Counted from the stretch's first letter, positions 10,455 to 20,855 are shown. The stretch: DNA of 52,275 nucleotides from an uncultured archaeon (GCA_964583985.1 CAZOYD010000018.1:5240-57514), one strand, 5' to 3'. Program-made: numbers and translations. The notes: generated by a model not told the origin, from the sequence alone.

Positions 10455-10791
10455 TATAATCTATACCTTCAAGAGTTATATTTATGCATGATAAAATTCA
10501 TTGCATATCTAAAAGTTTGGGGATTTTATACAGATCATATACTTTTTAAATTAGAATTCAAATGATTTTTTGCTGTTTTAATATTGATTATAAAAATTTG
10601 ATCTATTATTTTTTCGAGAGGATAAAATTAAATTACTTAGCTCTCATTATTTTTAAAAAACGCATAATAAATAGGATTTTTAATTAATGAAAAAGTGATC
10701 TCTAATATCAATTCCTGCATCTATCAGAGAAGGCCCTCGAACTACCAACACGTTAGCAAAAAAGAGATATTTTATATATTATGTTATTATA

Positions 10792-12312
10792 ATGGTGATT
10801 GGAGCTCAGCCTGCTTTATTTTGGCTTTGGTTTTGTTGGCAATTATTTCCTATAAAAGATTTATCGTTCTATTCCTTGTTTCCCTTATTTTTATTCATTG
10901 ATATTATAATCCTGATACTAGGTTCCATGATCGCTGCAAAAATATTCTTAATTTTTGCAAAACTGTTTCACAAACCAGTAGAAGGTGTTTTTGAGATCTC
11001 TAAAAAAGATAAGGATTATGCCTCGTGGAGTTTGAGAGCAGTTATAAGAAAATGGCCTTTATGGTTAGCAAGGCAATTATCATTACCAAGCCTTGAAAAA
11101 CTTGTTACAAAATTTTTGGGTGTAAATCTATCATTTTCAAGTTCAATTCATGAAGCATGGATTGATAGTGAATTCATTCAAATAGGTAAAAATGTCAAAC
11201 TCGGACAAGGCTGTATCATAGCCTCTAATTTATTGGTAAAAAACAAGCTTATAATTAAAAAAGTAGTAATTGGTGATAATGTAATCGTTGGTGCTCATTG
11301 CGTTATAAATGCTGGGACTAATATTGCTTCTAATGCTGTATTACATTCAAATACAATGACAACAATCAATCAGCAACTTAAACCTAATACAATATATCAA
11401 GGAGCTCCAGCGGAACTCTTTGGTAATAACAACTTGATACATGATAAAAACCAAATTGAAAAATATATCTTTAAAATCGATAAAAAAGATTCAGCAAAAA
11501 AATTACGAACTCGAGAAAAAGAGCTTTCAGTCCCTTACTTTTTTTACATTGTAAGTGGATTTACCATCGTTGGATGTTCATTTGTCTTACCTGGAGTATT
11601 ATTTTTTCTCTCTTTTTATGGATTTTTTGTTCCAACCATATTCGATAACCCATTTACATTATCTCTCTTTACTGAATGGAATTTTTACATGGTATTGTTA
11701 TTAATTCCCCTCATCTTAATCGGAATCTATCTTTTCCATCTATTTTGTATAATTTTATTTACTCGGTGGTGGTATCGACTTGCTGATTCAAGGGGCCCTT
11801 CTCAAGGAATTTTTGATAGGGATATGGAAATGTCTTCCACAAAATTAGATTATTATCATTTTGGGTCGTTTCTCATGAAGTATCCTATATTTGCAGTTTC
11901 TCGCTCGCCTTTTCCTTGGATACTAAATTGGGAACTAAACTTTATTGGATCAAATAAGATTGGTAAGGGCACTGTTTTGGAAGAGACTTTTATTCATAGT
12001 CATGTGAACTTTGGGAAGTTTTGTTATTTAGGAACCTCGTCTCACATGACAAATCACTTAGTGGATGGTGTATACGGAGAGGAAAATTTAACGTTTGTTG
12101 GTATAAAAATAGATGATCACAGTATTTTGAATGTGGTAACAGGAGGATTACCAGGAACTGAAATGGGAAAAAATGCAACTTTTTTACCTGGCGCAACAAC
12201 CATTAAGTATGATAAAGTTGGAGATAATGGTGTATATGGTGGTTTTCCAGCAAAAAAACTCAATAAACAAGAAATTTTGTATTTATTAGGAGGTGAATAT
12301 GATGGAGAATGA
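10792..12312 (+). CDS. Membrane protein with two TM-hairpin + hexapeptide (LbH) acyltransferase modules
   Basis: IGKNVKLGQGCII, VIGDNVIVGAHCVI, YQGAPA, KIGKGTVL, YGGFPA. The frame stays open upstream to 10699, so the true start may be earlier. Confidence 0.85.
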   Translation: MVIGAQPALFWLWFCWQLFPIKDLSFYSLFPLFLFIDIIILILGSMIAAKIFLIFAKLFHKPVEGVFEISKKDKDYASWSLRAVIRKWPLWLARQLSLPSLEKLVTKFLGVNLSFSSSIHEAWIDSEFIQIGKNVKLGQGCIIASNLLVKNKLIIKKVVIGDNVIVGAHCVINAGTNIASNAVLHSNTMTTINQQLKPNTIYQGAPAELFGNNNLIHDKNQIEKYIFKIDKKDSAKKLRTREKELSVPYFFYIVSGFTIVGCSFVLPGVLFFLSFYGFFVPTIFDNPFTLSLFTEWNFYMVLLLIPLILIGIYLFHLFCIILFTRWWYRLADSRGPSQGIFDRDMEMSSTKLDYYHFGSFLMKYPIFAVSRSPFPWILNWELNFIGSNKIGKGTVLEETFIHSHVNFGKFCYLGTSSHMTNHLVDGVYGEENLTFVGIKIDDHSILNVVTGGLPGTEMGKNATFLPGATTIKYDKVGDNGVYGGFPAKKLNKQEILYLLGGEYDGE

Positions 12313-13177
12313 TGATGCATTGCAGAATAAGCTCGAATCAATGGATATTACTCAAATCCCTATAACAACAAGTGCATTCACTTGGTTTCCCATGGGATCT
12401 TTAATTTACATTATCTTAAACATTCTTTCATTAATGATGCCTTCAGTAATGATTCTTACCTTCTTTAAAATTGCAATGGATTCATCTTTCTTTCATTGGA
12501 GAGTTTATACCATTTTTGTTGATATATTCCTATGGTGGGGGAGTTATATATTATGCACTTTATTTTTAAGTAAACTCTTCCTGATAATTCTGAAATTAAT
12601 TCATGTGCCAAAAGAAGGATTATTCAAGATGGAAAAATCTGACAAGGATTATTATTTTTATTGTTTAAGAGTTGTTGTTAAGAAATTTATATTTTGGACA
12701 TGGAATAACTTCTGCTTCCCCTGGGCAACAAATGCTGCGTTTAAATGGTGTGATATGAGAGCTGATTTTAAAAGCACCATGTTCGATGGTTGGTCTGACG
12801 TTGAATTCATTGATTTTGGTAATAACATGATGATTGGTCAAGGAGCCGTAATCTTATCAAGTATCATCATAAGAATTGATAATGAAGATTATTTCTTGAT
12901 AAAAAAAGTCATAATCGGTGATCATGTCGTTCTTGGTGGTCATGCTATTGTGGCTCCGGGAACAACTATTGGAAAAGGCACAACTCTTGGAATATGGAGT
13001 ATAACCCATATTGGGCAAGTTTTAGAACCAGATTTCATATACATTGGTCAGCCTGCAAGAAAATATCAGCCAACAACCAAATTTATTGAATATGGTCGTA
13101 AGTTGAGAGAACGACGGTTGGTTGATACCGAAGAAAAAATACCATACGATATAAAAATCAACAATTTTGATGAATAA
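12299..13177 (+). CDS. Membrane protein with one TM-hairpin + LbH acyltransferase module (paralog of the upstream gene)
   Basis: HVPKEGLF..DKDY, IGDHVVLGGHAIVAPGTTIG, YIGQPA. GGAGGTG SD; overlaps the upstream stop. Confidence 0.85.
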   Translation: MMENDDALQNKLESMDITQIPITTSAFTWFPMGSLIYIILNILSLMMPSVMILTFFKIAMDSSFFHWRVYTIFVDIFLWWGSYILCTLFLSKLFLIILKLIHVPKEGLFKMEKSDKDYYFYCLRVVVKKFIFWTWNNFCFPWATNAAFKWCDMRADFKSTMFDGWSDVEFIDFGNNMMIGQGAVILSSIIIRIDNEDYFLIKKVIIGDHVVLGGHAIVAPGTTIGKGTTLGIWSITHIGQVLEPDFIYIGQPARKYQPTTKFIEYGRKLRERRLVDTEEKIPYDIKINNFDE

Positions 13178-13185
13178 TGAGATAC

Positions 13186-13887
13186 TTAATTTGTATCTAT
13201 TTTTCGTTTAACTCTTATTAAACAGATAAAACTAGTCAACGCTCCAAAAAGTAGGAAATAATTGCCCATTGGGATAATTATAATTACTTTATCTTCATCT
13301 AATTCCCATTTATAGACCGTAGATCCGTTAGTAATTGATTCTATTGTTGTCGAGATTCCTAAAGAATTCATCGTTATCTCAACAGTAGTTGAATTTCTAT
13401 AATCTAAAATGAGTTTGCTATTGTCGATAGAATAATTTAAATATCCAGCAGATTCAATAGCATTCCCAACCATAGTCAAATTTGTTGGAATTGGGATTAA
13501 ATATATATTAGCTTCTTTATAAGTTAATATCGACCAATTTAGAAAATTTAAAGTACTGTTATATGCCATGTAGAATAGATTGTCTTGATCTTTAATCCAA
13601 GTACCTCCAAAAATATACAATTCTTCGATGGAATAATTTACAATTAAGGACGGAGTTCCTTCAAAAGTGTCATTATAAACAAATTCAACAGTAAATCTAA
13701 TTAGATCTCCAATATGATGATTATCTCCAGTTGAATTTACACATTCCCAGACGTAATAATCTCCATTTTCAGATGGAAAAGTTGAATCTCCAAGAGTGGT
13801 ACTTCCGTTAACAATCGGAGAAACCAGTGTAAAAAGCAATAATATATTCATTGTGAGTATTAACGCTTTATGTTGATTTTTCATCAT
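13186..13887 (-). CDS. Secreted/surface glycoprotein with C-terminal membrane anchor
   Basis: Signal peptide, many N-x-S/T sites, IPMGNY + TM + basic tail. Confidence 0.8.
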   Translation of the reverse strand: MMKNQHKALILTMNILLLFTLVSPIVNGSTTLGDSTFPSENGDYYVWECVNSTGDNHHIGDLIRFTVEFVYNDTFEGTPSLIVNYSIEELYIFGGTWIKDQDNLFYMAYNSTLNFLNWSILTYKEANIYLIPIPTNLTMVGNAIESAGYLNYSIDNSKLILDYRNSTTVEITMNSLGISTTIESITNGSTVYKWELDEDKVIIIIPMGNYFLLFGALTSFICLIRVKRKIDTN

Positions 13888-14065
13888 TATCAGTTATTTT
13901 TTTTATTCAAGAAGGTAATAATAATCAATCTATAAATAATATGATTTTCTTCAATATAAGTTTAAATGATGGTGAATTCTTTTGTCAAAAAAAAGGAATA
14001 GATTTAAAATGTTCAAGATATAAATCTATTTTAATTAAAATTTTATCATAAAAAAAGTAAATATC

Positions 14066-15475
14066 ATGGAAAATCTGAAACAACCAGCAAAGTTTTCAAC
14101 AAAACAACGCATAGATTGGGCAATGGCCTCTTTTGGGGGATCGCTAATTAGTGGAATATATGGCGCACTTCTCCCAATATTCTACATTGATTATCTTGGA
14201 CTGGTAGAAAATGCAGGCGTAATCTATATGATTCAAATCGTTTATGTCTTTGTTAACGCTTTAAATGATCCCATTTTCGGTTTTATTTCAGACAAAACTC
14301 GTGCCAAGAAGGGAAGAAGAATTCCATACATGCGTTATACTGCACCTTTTTTAGCATTGACATTTATCTTAATATGGTTTTCTCCCGGTTCAGCGAGCGG
14401 TGATTGGGCTATATTTTGGTGGATGGTAATAATGACGTGTCTTTATGATACAGCATATACAATAATATTTTTAGTATATTCTGCTTTATTACCGGAAATT
14501 ACGGAAAGTGAAGAAGAAAGGCAAGGAATGAAGATAATGGCATCATTCTTTAACTTAATTGGAATGATACTTGGATTTATAATTCCAGATATCTTTAGAA
14601 ATTCCTCAGGCTTCTTATTGCAGATGAGCATGATTGGAGTTGGCATTATTGGAGGAGCTCTTATAATGTATACGTCATATAAGTTCAAAGAAAGACCGGA
14701 GTTTACAAAAGTAGATGAGCCTTTAAGCTTACTAAAAGCTATTAAAGCTACATTTGCACGAAAATCATTCTTGGTTTTAGTAAGCGCAAATTTCATGGCT
14801 ATCTTGATTCAATCATTAATTATTGGCTCGCTTTACTATATTGCTGATTATATTACTCAAACATCCACAATATATCTCCTCATAGCCATTTTCTTACCAT
14901 TATTAATTGGAATATGGATCGTTCCCAAATTTACCAAGAAATGGGGTGTAGCTCGTGCAAATCAGTATCTACTCCTAATAGGGGGAATTGGACTGATAAT
15001 GCTATTCTTTTTCACGGACCCTATCTTCCCTACGGAGTTAATTTATATACCCTTAGTGATCGCCGGCTTTGGATTTGTTGGACCATTGATACTTATTGAT
15101 ATCATGTTTTTTCAAGTGACAGACGAAGACGAGTTGAAATCAGGAGTTAGACGTGAGGCTGCTTTTTTCGGAATAAATGCATTGATAACGAAACCAGCCC
15201 AAAGTCTAGCAATTGTGATTCCAACTGCGTTACTATCGATCTCTGGCTTCATTCCTCGTGATACATTTGGTCATCCTGTATTACCCCAACCTGTTGCGGC
15301 AATTATGGCTATTAGACTTTTTATTGGTCTCATACCGGGCATTGCCTTATTACTTGCATCACTCATACTTCAATTCTATCCATTAAAAGGCGAACATTGG
15401 GCAACAATGCAGCAAGAAATACTGATCTTACATGACCAAAAGCATAAAAAACTCCAAGAAATGACACGAGAATAA
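14066..15475 (+). CDS. MFS glycoside-pentoside-hexuronide (MelB-like) transporter
   Basis: NDPIFGFISDKT...GRRIPY, DEDELKSGVRREA. Confidence 0.93.
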   Translation: MENLKQPAKFSTKQRIDWAMASFGGSLISGIYGALLPIFYIDYLGLVENAGVIYMIQIVYVFVNALNDPIFGFISDKTRAKKGRRIPYMRYTAPFLALTFILIWFSPGSASGDWAIFWWMVIMTCLYDTAYTIIFLVYSALLPEITESEEERQGMKIMASFFNLIGMILGFIIPDIFRNSSGFLLQMSMIGVGIIGGALIMYTSYKFKERPEFTKVDEPLSLLKAIKATFARKSFLVLVSANFMAILIQSLIIGSLYYIADYITQTSTIYLLIAIFLPLLIGIWIVPKFTKKWGVARANQYLLLIGGIGLIMLFFFTDPIFPTELIYIPLVIAGFGFVGPLILIDIMFFQVTDEDELKSGVRREAAFFGINALITKPAQSLAIVIPTALLSISGFIPRDTFGHPVLPQPVAAIMAIRLFIGLIPGIALLLASLILQFYPLKGEHWATMQQEILILHDQKHKKLQEMTRE

Positions 15476-15604
15476 AGATTTAACCCTTTTTTTTTTTATA
15501 ATTTTTTTTTAATTTAAAATTTAAATTGAGAATAAAGGGCAAAATTATATAATTTTTCTTTACTTATTTTTTTTAATTACTAAAATATAAGAGATAAAAT
15601 TAAT

Positions 15605-16351
15605 ATGCACAAACTAGTTCTTTTAAGACATGGAGAGAGCACATGGAATAAAGAAAATAGATTTACTGGTTGGACTGATGTTGGACTAACTCCTAAAGGA
15701 ATTGATGAGGCAAAAAAAGCAGCACAAGAGCTCAAAAAAGAAGGTTTTACATTTGATATCGCGTATACATCAGTACTCAAGAGAGGGATTCACACGTTAT
15801 GGATTGTATTGGAAGAAATGAATTTAATGTGGATTCCTGTTTATAAATCCTGGCGTTTAAATGAAAAGCACTATGGAGCATTACAGGGATTATATAAAAC
15901 AAAAATAGCTCAAGAATATGGAGAAGAACAAGTTCTCTTATGGCGGAGAAGCTATGATATAAGACCCCCTCCACTTAAAACGACTGATCCGAGATATCCC
16001 GGTAATGAACCGCAATACGCTAATTTAAATATGAACGACATACCTTTAACAGAATGCTTAAAAGATACAGTAAACAGATTTATGCCTTATTGGTCTGATG
16101 TAATTATCCCAGAAGTGAAAAAAGGAAAAAAAGTTTTAATTTCAGCCCATGGAAATAGCTTGAGAGCTTTAGTAAAAATATTAGATGATGTACCAGAAAA
16201 AGAGATTATAAATCTAAATATACCCACAGGGATACCATTAATTTATGAATTGGATGATGATCTCAAACCAATCCGTCATTACTATTTAGGTGATCCTGAA
16301 GAATTAGAAAAAGCCATTAATATTGTTGCAGATCAAGGTAAAGCACTCTAA
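15605..16351 (+). CDS. gpmA: 2,3-bisphosphoglycerate-dependent phosphoglycerate mutase
   Basis: [42 protein letters not shown]. Confidence 0.97.
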   Translation: MHKLVLLRHGESTWNKENRFTGWTDVGLTPKGIDEAKKAAQELKKEGFTFDIAYTSVLKRGIHTLWIVLEEMNLMWIPVYKSWRLNEKHYGALQGLYKTKIAQEYGEEQVLLWRRSYDIRPPPLKTTDPRYPGNEPQYANLNMNDIPLTECLKDTVNRFMPYWSDVIIPEVKKGKKVLISAHGNSLRALVKILDDVPEKEIINLNIPTGIPLIYELDDDLKPIRHYYLGDPEELEKAINIVADQGKAL

Positions 16352-16395
16352 ACGTTTTTTATGAATTTGTATTAATAATTTATTTTTAAGACATT

Positions 16396-17199
16396 ATGAG
16401 TTCAATGCACATGGGAAAAAACTCAATAATTGATAACCCCGCTGTTTCAAGAACCATATTTTTTCCGCAGAAGCCTCTAATTCCTGATAATTTGGCACCA
16501 AATATTCATTCTCTTCAATTTAAAATCACCAATAAAATTAAAATTGGTGGGTTTTTTTTTCAAAATGACGAGAATTTGCCCACTATTCTCTTATTTCATG
16601 GAAATGGAGAATTGGCTTTTGAGTATTTAATTTCGGCAAGAATGTTCTTTAACTGTGGCCTTAACTTAGTAGTCATGGATTATAGAGGGTATGGTTCTAG
16701 TACTGGAGAGCCATATTATACGAGTCTAATTACCGATGCAATGCCAATTTATTTGAAATTGAAGGATTGGATGAATTCAAGAGGATTTATAGAAAGTATT
16801 TTCGTGCTGGGACGTTCTTTAGGAAGTATTTGCGCTAGTGAAATAGGCGCTAATAACCCAAAAGAACTTAAAGGTATAATTTTTTCAAGTGGATTTGCCA
16901 GTATTTATAATATGATGACACAATTATTCCGTGTTGAGAGCCCCCGAATGACGCCATCATCTCTTGAGCCATTCTCAAATGATTTTCGTGCAAAGAAATT
17001 TATTAAACCGGTCTTAATAATCCATGGTACTTCTGACATGATTATTCCTTATTCTGAAGCAATCTTATTATATAAGAGCATTCCAGATAATGTTAAGAAA
17101 AAACTGATTACTATAGAGGGCGCTGGTCATAATGATATAATGAATTATAAAACACAGTATTTTTCTGCATTAGAAGCGTTTGTAAACAATAATAAATAA
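16396..17199 (+). CDS. Alpha/beta hydrolase (BEM46/ABHD13-17-like)
   Basis: FHGNGE, DYRGYG.S, GRSLG, HGTSD, GAGHND. Confidence 0.92.
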   Translation: MSSMHMGKNSIIDNPAVSRTIFFPQKPLIPDNLAPNIHSLQFKITNKIKIGGFFFQNDENLPTILLFHGNGELAFEYLISARMFFNCGLNLVVMDYRGYGSSTGEPYYTSLITDAMPIYLKLKDWMNSRGFIESIFVLGRSLGSICASEIGANNPKELKGIIFSSGFASIYNMMTQLFRVESPRMTPSSLEPFSNDFRAKKFIKPVLIIHGTSDMIIPYSEAILLYKSIPDNVKKKLITIEGAGHNDIMNYKTQYFSALEAFVNNNK

Positions 17200-17225
17200 C
17201 ATTTAATACTTCCTTATAGTTTAGT

Positions 17226-18116
17226 CTATAATAATTCTCCTTTTGCCACGAGTATTACCTTTCCTCCGACTGAAATGAAAAATTTTCCCCCTTTCTCTTC
17301 GGATCTTAATAAGAGAAGCGAGGGTCTTCCTATTTCATATCCTTGCTCTACTCTAATATCTACTATTTTTTTACCGAAGTATTCATGTTTAACTAAATAA
17401 GCAGCTAAAGACCCATTCCCAGAACCAGTAGCAGGATCTTCAAGAACTCCATAATAATTAGCAAAAAATCGGACGTGTAAATCGTTTTTCTTATCAATCG
17501 GTTCTGGACAAAAGATTAGAATCGATTTAGCTTGGATTTTATTAACTAATTCATAATATTTGTCTTCATCCACCCTTGCTCTTTTAACGGCATCCAGAGT
17601 TTTTAGAGGAACTATAATTGTAGGAAGTCCAGTCGAAACTTCTTGTATCTGGAATCGTCCATCAAAATCTTCGTCTTTCAATCTAAGAATGTTGGCTAAT
17701 AATTCTGTTGAGAAATAATTTGCAAATACAGGTTGCTTTTGATCCATCCAAACTTCACTAATTTCTTCACCTTTATATTTAAATAAAACAGCGATTTCTC
17801 CAATTTTCATCTTTAGTGAAATTGTTTTTATCTTTTCTCTAATGAATTCTTTTGCAAGGATATATGCTCCTCCTAAAGTAGGATGACCTGCGAATGGTAA
17901 TTCATTTTTAGGAGTAAATATTCTTACTTCATAATTTTCTATGGATGTTATAAAAATGGTTTCAGAATAATTCATTTCATTAGCAATTATTTGCATTAAA
18001 GATTCAGGAAAATTTTTATTACATATTACCACGGCAAGTTGATTTCCTTCATATTTATGTTCGGCGAATACGTCTACAATGTAATATGGAATATAGTCGG
18101 CTTGGATTTCTTTCAT
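17226..18116 (-). CDS. PhzF-family isomerase
   Basis: VDVF...GN, SET.F, RIFTP..ELPFAGHPT, EDPATGS. Confidence 0.95.
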   Translation of the reverse strand: MKEIQADYIPYYIVDVFAEHKYEGNQLAVVICNKNFPESLMQIIANEMNYSETIFITSIENYEVRIFTPKNELPFAGHPTLGGAYILAKEFIREKIKTISLKMKIGEIAVLFKYKGEEISEVWMDQKQPVFANYFSTELLANILRLKDEDFDGRFQIQEVSTGLPTIIVPLKTLDAVKRARVDEDKYYELVNKIQAKSILIFCPEPIDKKNDLHVRFFANYYGVLEDPATGSGNGSLAAYLVKHEYFGKKIVDIRVEQGYEIGRPSLLLLRSEEKGGKFFISVGGKVILVAKGELL

Positions 18117-18296
18117 GGAGCATTTACCTATAATTTTTATTATAGTTATAAATTACATATACAAATTTAATATAGATTTAACCGATTCTATATAATAAAT
18201 TTTATTAAAAATCGGATTATAACATTTAAGATTGACACTATAAAAAACAAAATAAAAAAAAATTGTAGGTTAAATAAATGCGGGAGAGATTGTCTT

Positions 18297-19085
18297 ATGG
18301 AGAAATTTAATGGATTTATGTTGTTTTTAGCATCTTCTTTTAGTATATTTGTATTAGTATCCATGTTTTATCTTTTTACAGCGTTTAGTTACGGACCATT
18401 AATAATACAATATTTATTTAGCGAGCAAGTTATTCTTGCTTTATGGGTTAGTATTATTTCTTCAACAGTTGTAATGATTATATCGATAATTTTTGGGATT
18501 CCCACTGCTTGGATGCTAGCAAATAGAGATTTTAAATATAAAACAGTGTTAGAAACTTTACTTGTGGATGTTCCCCTTTCTTTTCCACCAGGGGTGGTTG
18601 GAACAACATATCTTTTAATATTTCAACCAACAAGTCCAATTGGTGCTTTATTCAACAGTCTTGGAATTAACGTAATAAATACGTTTTGGGCAATGGTATT
18701 AGTAAAAACATTTATCTCCGCACCGTTTTTAGTTGGCATGTTAGCTTTGAAATTTCGAGAGCTCAGAGAATCGGATTATGAAGTGATTGCTCAATCCCTT
18801 GGAGCTACACATTTCAAATCATTTTATACAATAATTCTACCTCTCTCTAAGAATGCAATGGTAGCAGGGAGCGCTAGGTGTTGGGCTAGGGCTTTGGGAG
18901 AAATTGCCGGCACAATCGTGTTTGCTGGAGCATTAATTCCCGGGCTAACACAAACCATGCCAGCAATAATCGTTTTTGAGGCACAAACCTCACTTCCAGC
19001 TGCTTTAACCCTTGCTCTAATTCTTGCGACTATTTCAATTAGTATCTTGATTCTATTTAAATTACTTTTAGAGAGAAAACGATAA
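18297..19085 (+). CDS. Molybdate/tungstate-type ABC transporter permease (ModB/WtpB-like)
   Basis: DVPLSFPP.VVG, AQSLGA, WARALGE..GT. Confidence 0.88.
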   Translation: MEKFNGFMLFLASSFSIFVLVSMFYLFTAFSYGPLIIQYLFSEQVILALWVSIISSTVVMIISIIFGIPTAWMLANRDFKYKTVLETLLVDVPLSFPPGVVGTTYLLIFQPTSPIGALFNSLGINVINTFWAMVLVKTFISAPFLVGMLALKFRELRESDYEVIAQSLGATHFKSFYTIILPLSKNAMVAGSARCWARALGEIAGTIVFAGALIPGLTQTMPAIIVFEAQTSLPAALTLALILATISISILILFKLLLERKR

Positions 19086-19088
19086 GCC

Positions 19089-19847
19089 ATGGTTGGTATA
19101 AGATTAATAGATATTAGTGTAAAATTAGATGAAAATCAAATATTTGAACAACTATATTGGAATATAGAAGAAGGAGAACTAATGGTTCTAGTTGGTCCAA
19201 GTGGATGTGGAAAAACGACACTTTTAAAAATTATTCTTGGGTCATTAACTCCTCTTACTGGTAAGATATGTTTTGATAACCGACTAATGAATGATATTGC
19301 AATCTCAAAAAGAAATATAGGTTATGTCTCTCAAAATTTTGGTCTTTTTCCTCATTTAAATGTACTTGAAAATATAAGATATGGTCTAAGAATGCATAAT
19401 GTTACAGAGGACAAAACAAAATTTCAAGAATCCAAGTATATGGAAATGCTACGTCTCAATGGGTTAGAATTAAGGAGACCCAATCAACTTAGTTTGGGAC
19501 AACAACAAAAGGTAGCTTTAGCAAGAGCTTTAGCGATTGAACCTAATCTCTTACTTTTAGATGAACCATTGAGTTCTGTTGATTGGGTTGCTCGAAGGGG
19601 TATTACTGAAGAGATTTATAGGATGCAGAAAAGTCTCAAGATTACAACAATCTATGTTACGCATGATATTGATGAAGCTTTTGAGATCGGCGATAAAATA
19701 ACCGTGATGAGTCCTGGGATAATCGAACAATGTTCCATACCCGAAGAATTAATTAAAAATCCAAAGAGTCAGTTTGTTTCAGCCTATATTGGCAAGGATA
19801 AAAATTTGAAAAGAATTCAAGCTTTAATGGAGTCTACTCAAAAATGA
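19089..19847 (+). CDS. ABC transporter ATP-binding subunit (ModC/WtpC/PotA-like)
   Basis: GPSGCGKTT, LSLGQQQ, LLLDEP, VTHD. Confidence 0.93.
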   Translation: MVGIRLIDISVKLDENQIFEQLYWNIEEGELMVLVGPSGCGKTTLLKIILGSLTPLTGKICFDNRLMNDIAISKRNIGYVSQNFGLFPHLNVLENIRYGLRMHNVTEDKTKFQESKYMEMLRLNGLELRRPNQLSLGQQQKVALARALAIEPNLLLLDEPLSSVDWVARRGITEEIYRMQKSLKITTIYVTHDIDEAFEIGDKITVMSPGIIEQCSIPEELIKNPKSQFVSAYIGKDKNLKRIQALMESTQK

Positions 19848-19988
19848 GAAAAATATGTTGAAAATATAATGATAATATAATTTGTTAAAAGATATAAGTA
19901 AAGATATTTGGATTAATAGTTTATATTAGTAGTTTATACAATTTTTAAAAATAGACTGATTAATTTAAACATTTAGTTCGTTAAAAAA

Positions 19989-20189
19989 TTAAAGTAATTC
20001 TTGTCTTAAAATATTTTTAATATAAGAATCTGTTGCAATACTACGATTCTTAGAACTCTTTTTTACAGGTCTGATAAATTTGGAATATGGGATAACCACA
20101 CTCGACACATCGAATTCTAAATCTGAAATCATTTCTTGAGTTCGCTCAATGAGTTTTTCATACTTAAATACACTATTTCCTGAGCTCAT
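19989..20189 (-). CDS. Small hypothetical protein
   Basis: 66-aa ORF starting 20 bp after the RHH gene, same strand. Confidence 0.6.
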   Translation of the reverse strand: MSSGNSVFKYEKLIERTQEMISDLEFDVSSVVIPYSKFIRPVKKSSKNRSIATDSYIKNILRQELL

Positions 20190-20209
20190 AATATCAATTT
20201 TTATTTTAT

Positions 20210-20647
20210 TTATTCAGGGAAAAAATTTCCATTTTCGTAAATAAGCTTAAGCCCTGCATCTTTAAGCTTTTCATTATTGGAAAATATAAAATTTCTTAAT
20301 TGTTTAACTTCAAGGTTTAATTCAGCAGCTAATTCATCAGCAGAAATACTCTTGATAGTTTCAAAATATTTTACTAATTGATCAATGACTATTTCTTCAT
20401 CTGGTACTATTTTATATTTGCTTAGGATTTGTTGTCTTAAGATTGAAAAATTCACGCCCCAGTTATTTAACATGTTTTCAGAATTTTGATCAATCCAATC
20501 TTTCACGATCTGATAAATAACTGAAGATTTTGATTTTCCTTTAACTCCAATTAGATTTTCAATGATTTTATCAGTAACTTCATCAACATTTACCGTAATC
20601 CTTTTCGATTCCAGGTCAAATTCTTGATGATCAGCGTCTGATGCCAT
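20210..20647 (-). CDS. Ribbon-helix-helix protein with C-terminal HTH-like domain
   Basis: KRITVNVD...IENL....GKSKSSVIYQIVKDWI (RHH); ISADELAAELNL..KQLRNFI (HTH). Confidence 0.75.
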   Translation of the reverse strand: MASDADHQEFDLESKRITVNVDEVTDKIIENLIGVKGKSKSSVIYQIVKDWIDQNSENMLNNWGVNFSILRQQILSKYKIVPDEEIVIDQLVKYFETIKSISADELAAELNLEVKQLRNFIFSNNEKLKDAGLKLIYENGNFFPE

Positions 20648-20682
20648 TAATTAAAATAGAATAAGATTACCTATTTAAATGT

Positions 20683-20761
20683 TGCATTTTTGCATATTAT
20701 GTGCATATTAAAAGTTGTGTTTTTGCATTTTTTTAGATCAAATTTTGCATCACTTCTGCAT
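20683..20761. promoter_or_regulatory. Six direct TGCAT repeats, mostly spaced at multiples of 11 bp
   Basis: Starts at 20683, 20691, 20702, 20724, 20746, 20757. Confidence 0.6.
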
Positions 20762-20855
20762 CACCTTTAAATAAGATTAATGTTATTTGTATATTATCAA
20801 AATATCATATAGATATTTTCATTAAAATTTTCGAACTTGAGGTCGTGCGTGTTAA

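Noticed and set aside
10687-10698. ATG-AAA-AAG-TGA as a selenocysteine codon
   Set aside because: Codon 4 of a membrane protein with no redox motif and no SECIS that I can identify; the TGA is better explained as part of an SD-like motif.
19989-20647. RHH plus small gene as a toxin-antitoxin or partition cassette
   Set aside because: No toxin motif in the 66-aa protein and no ParA or other mobile-element genes nearby.
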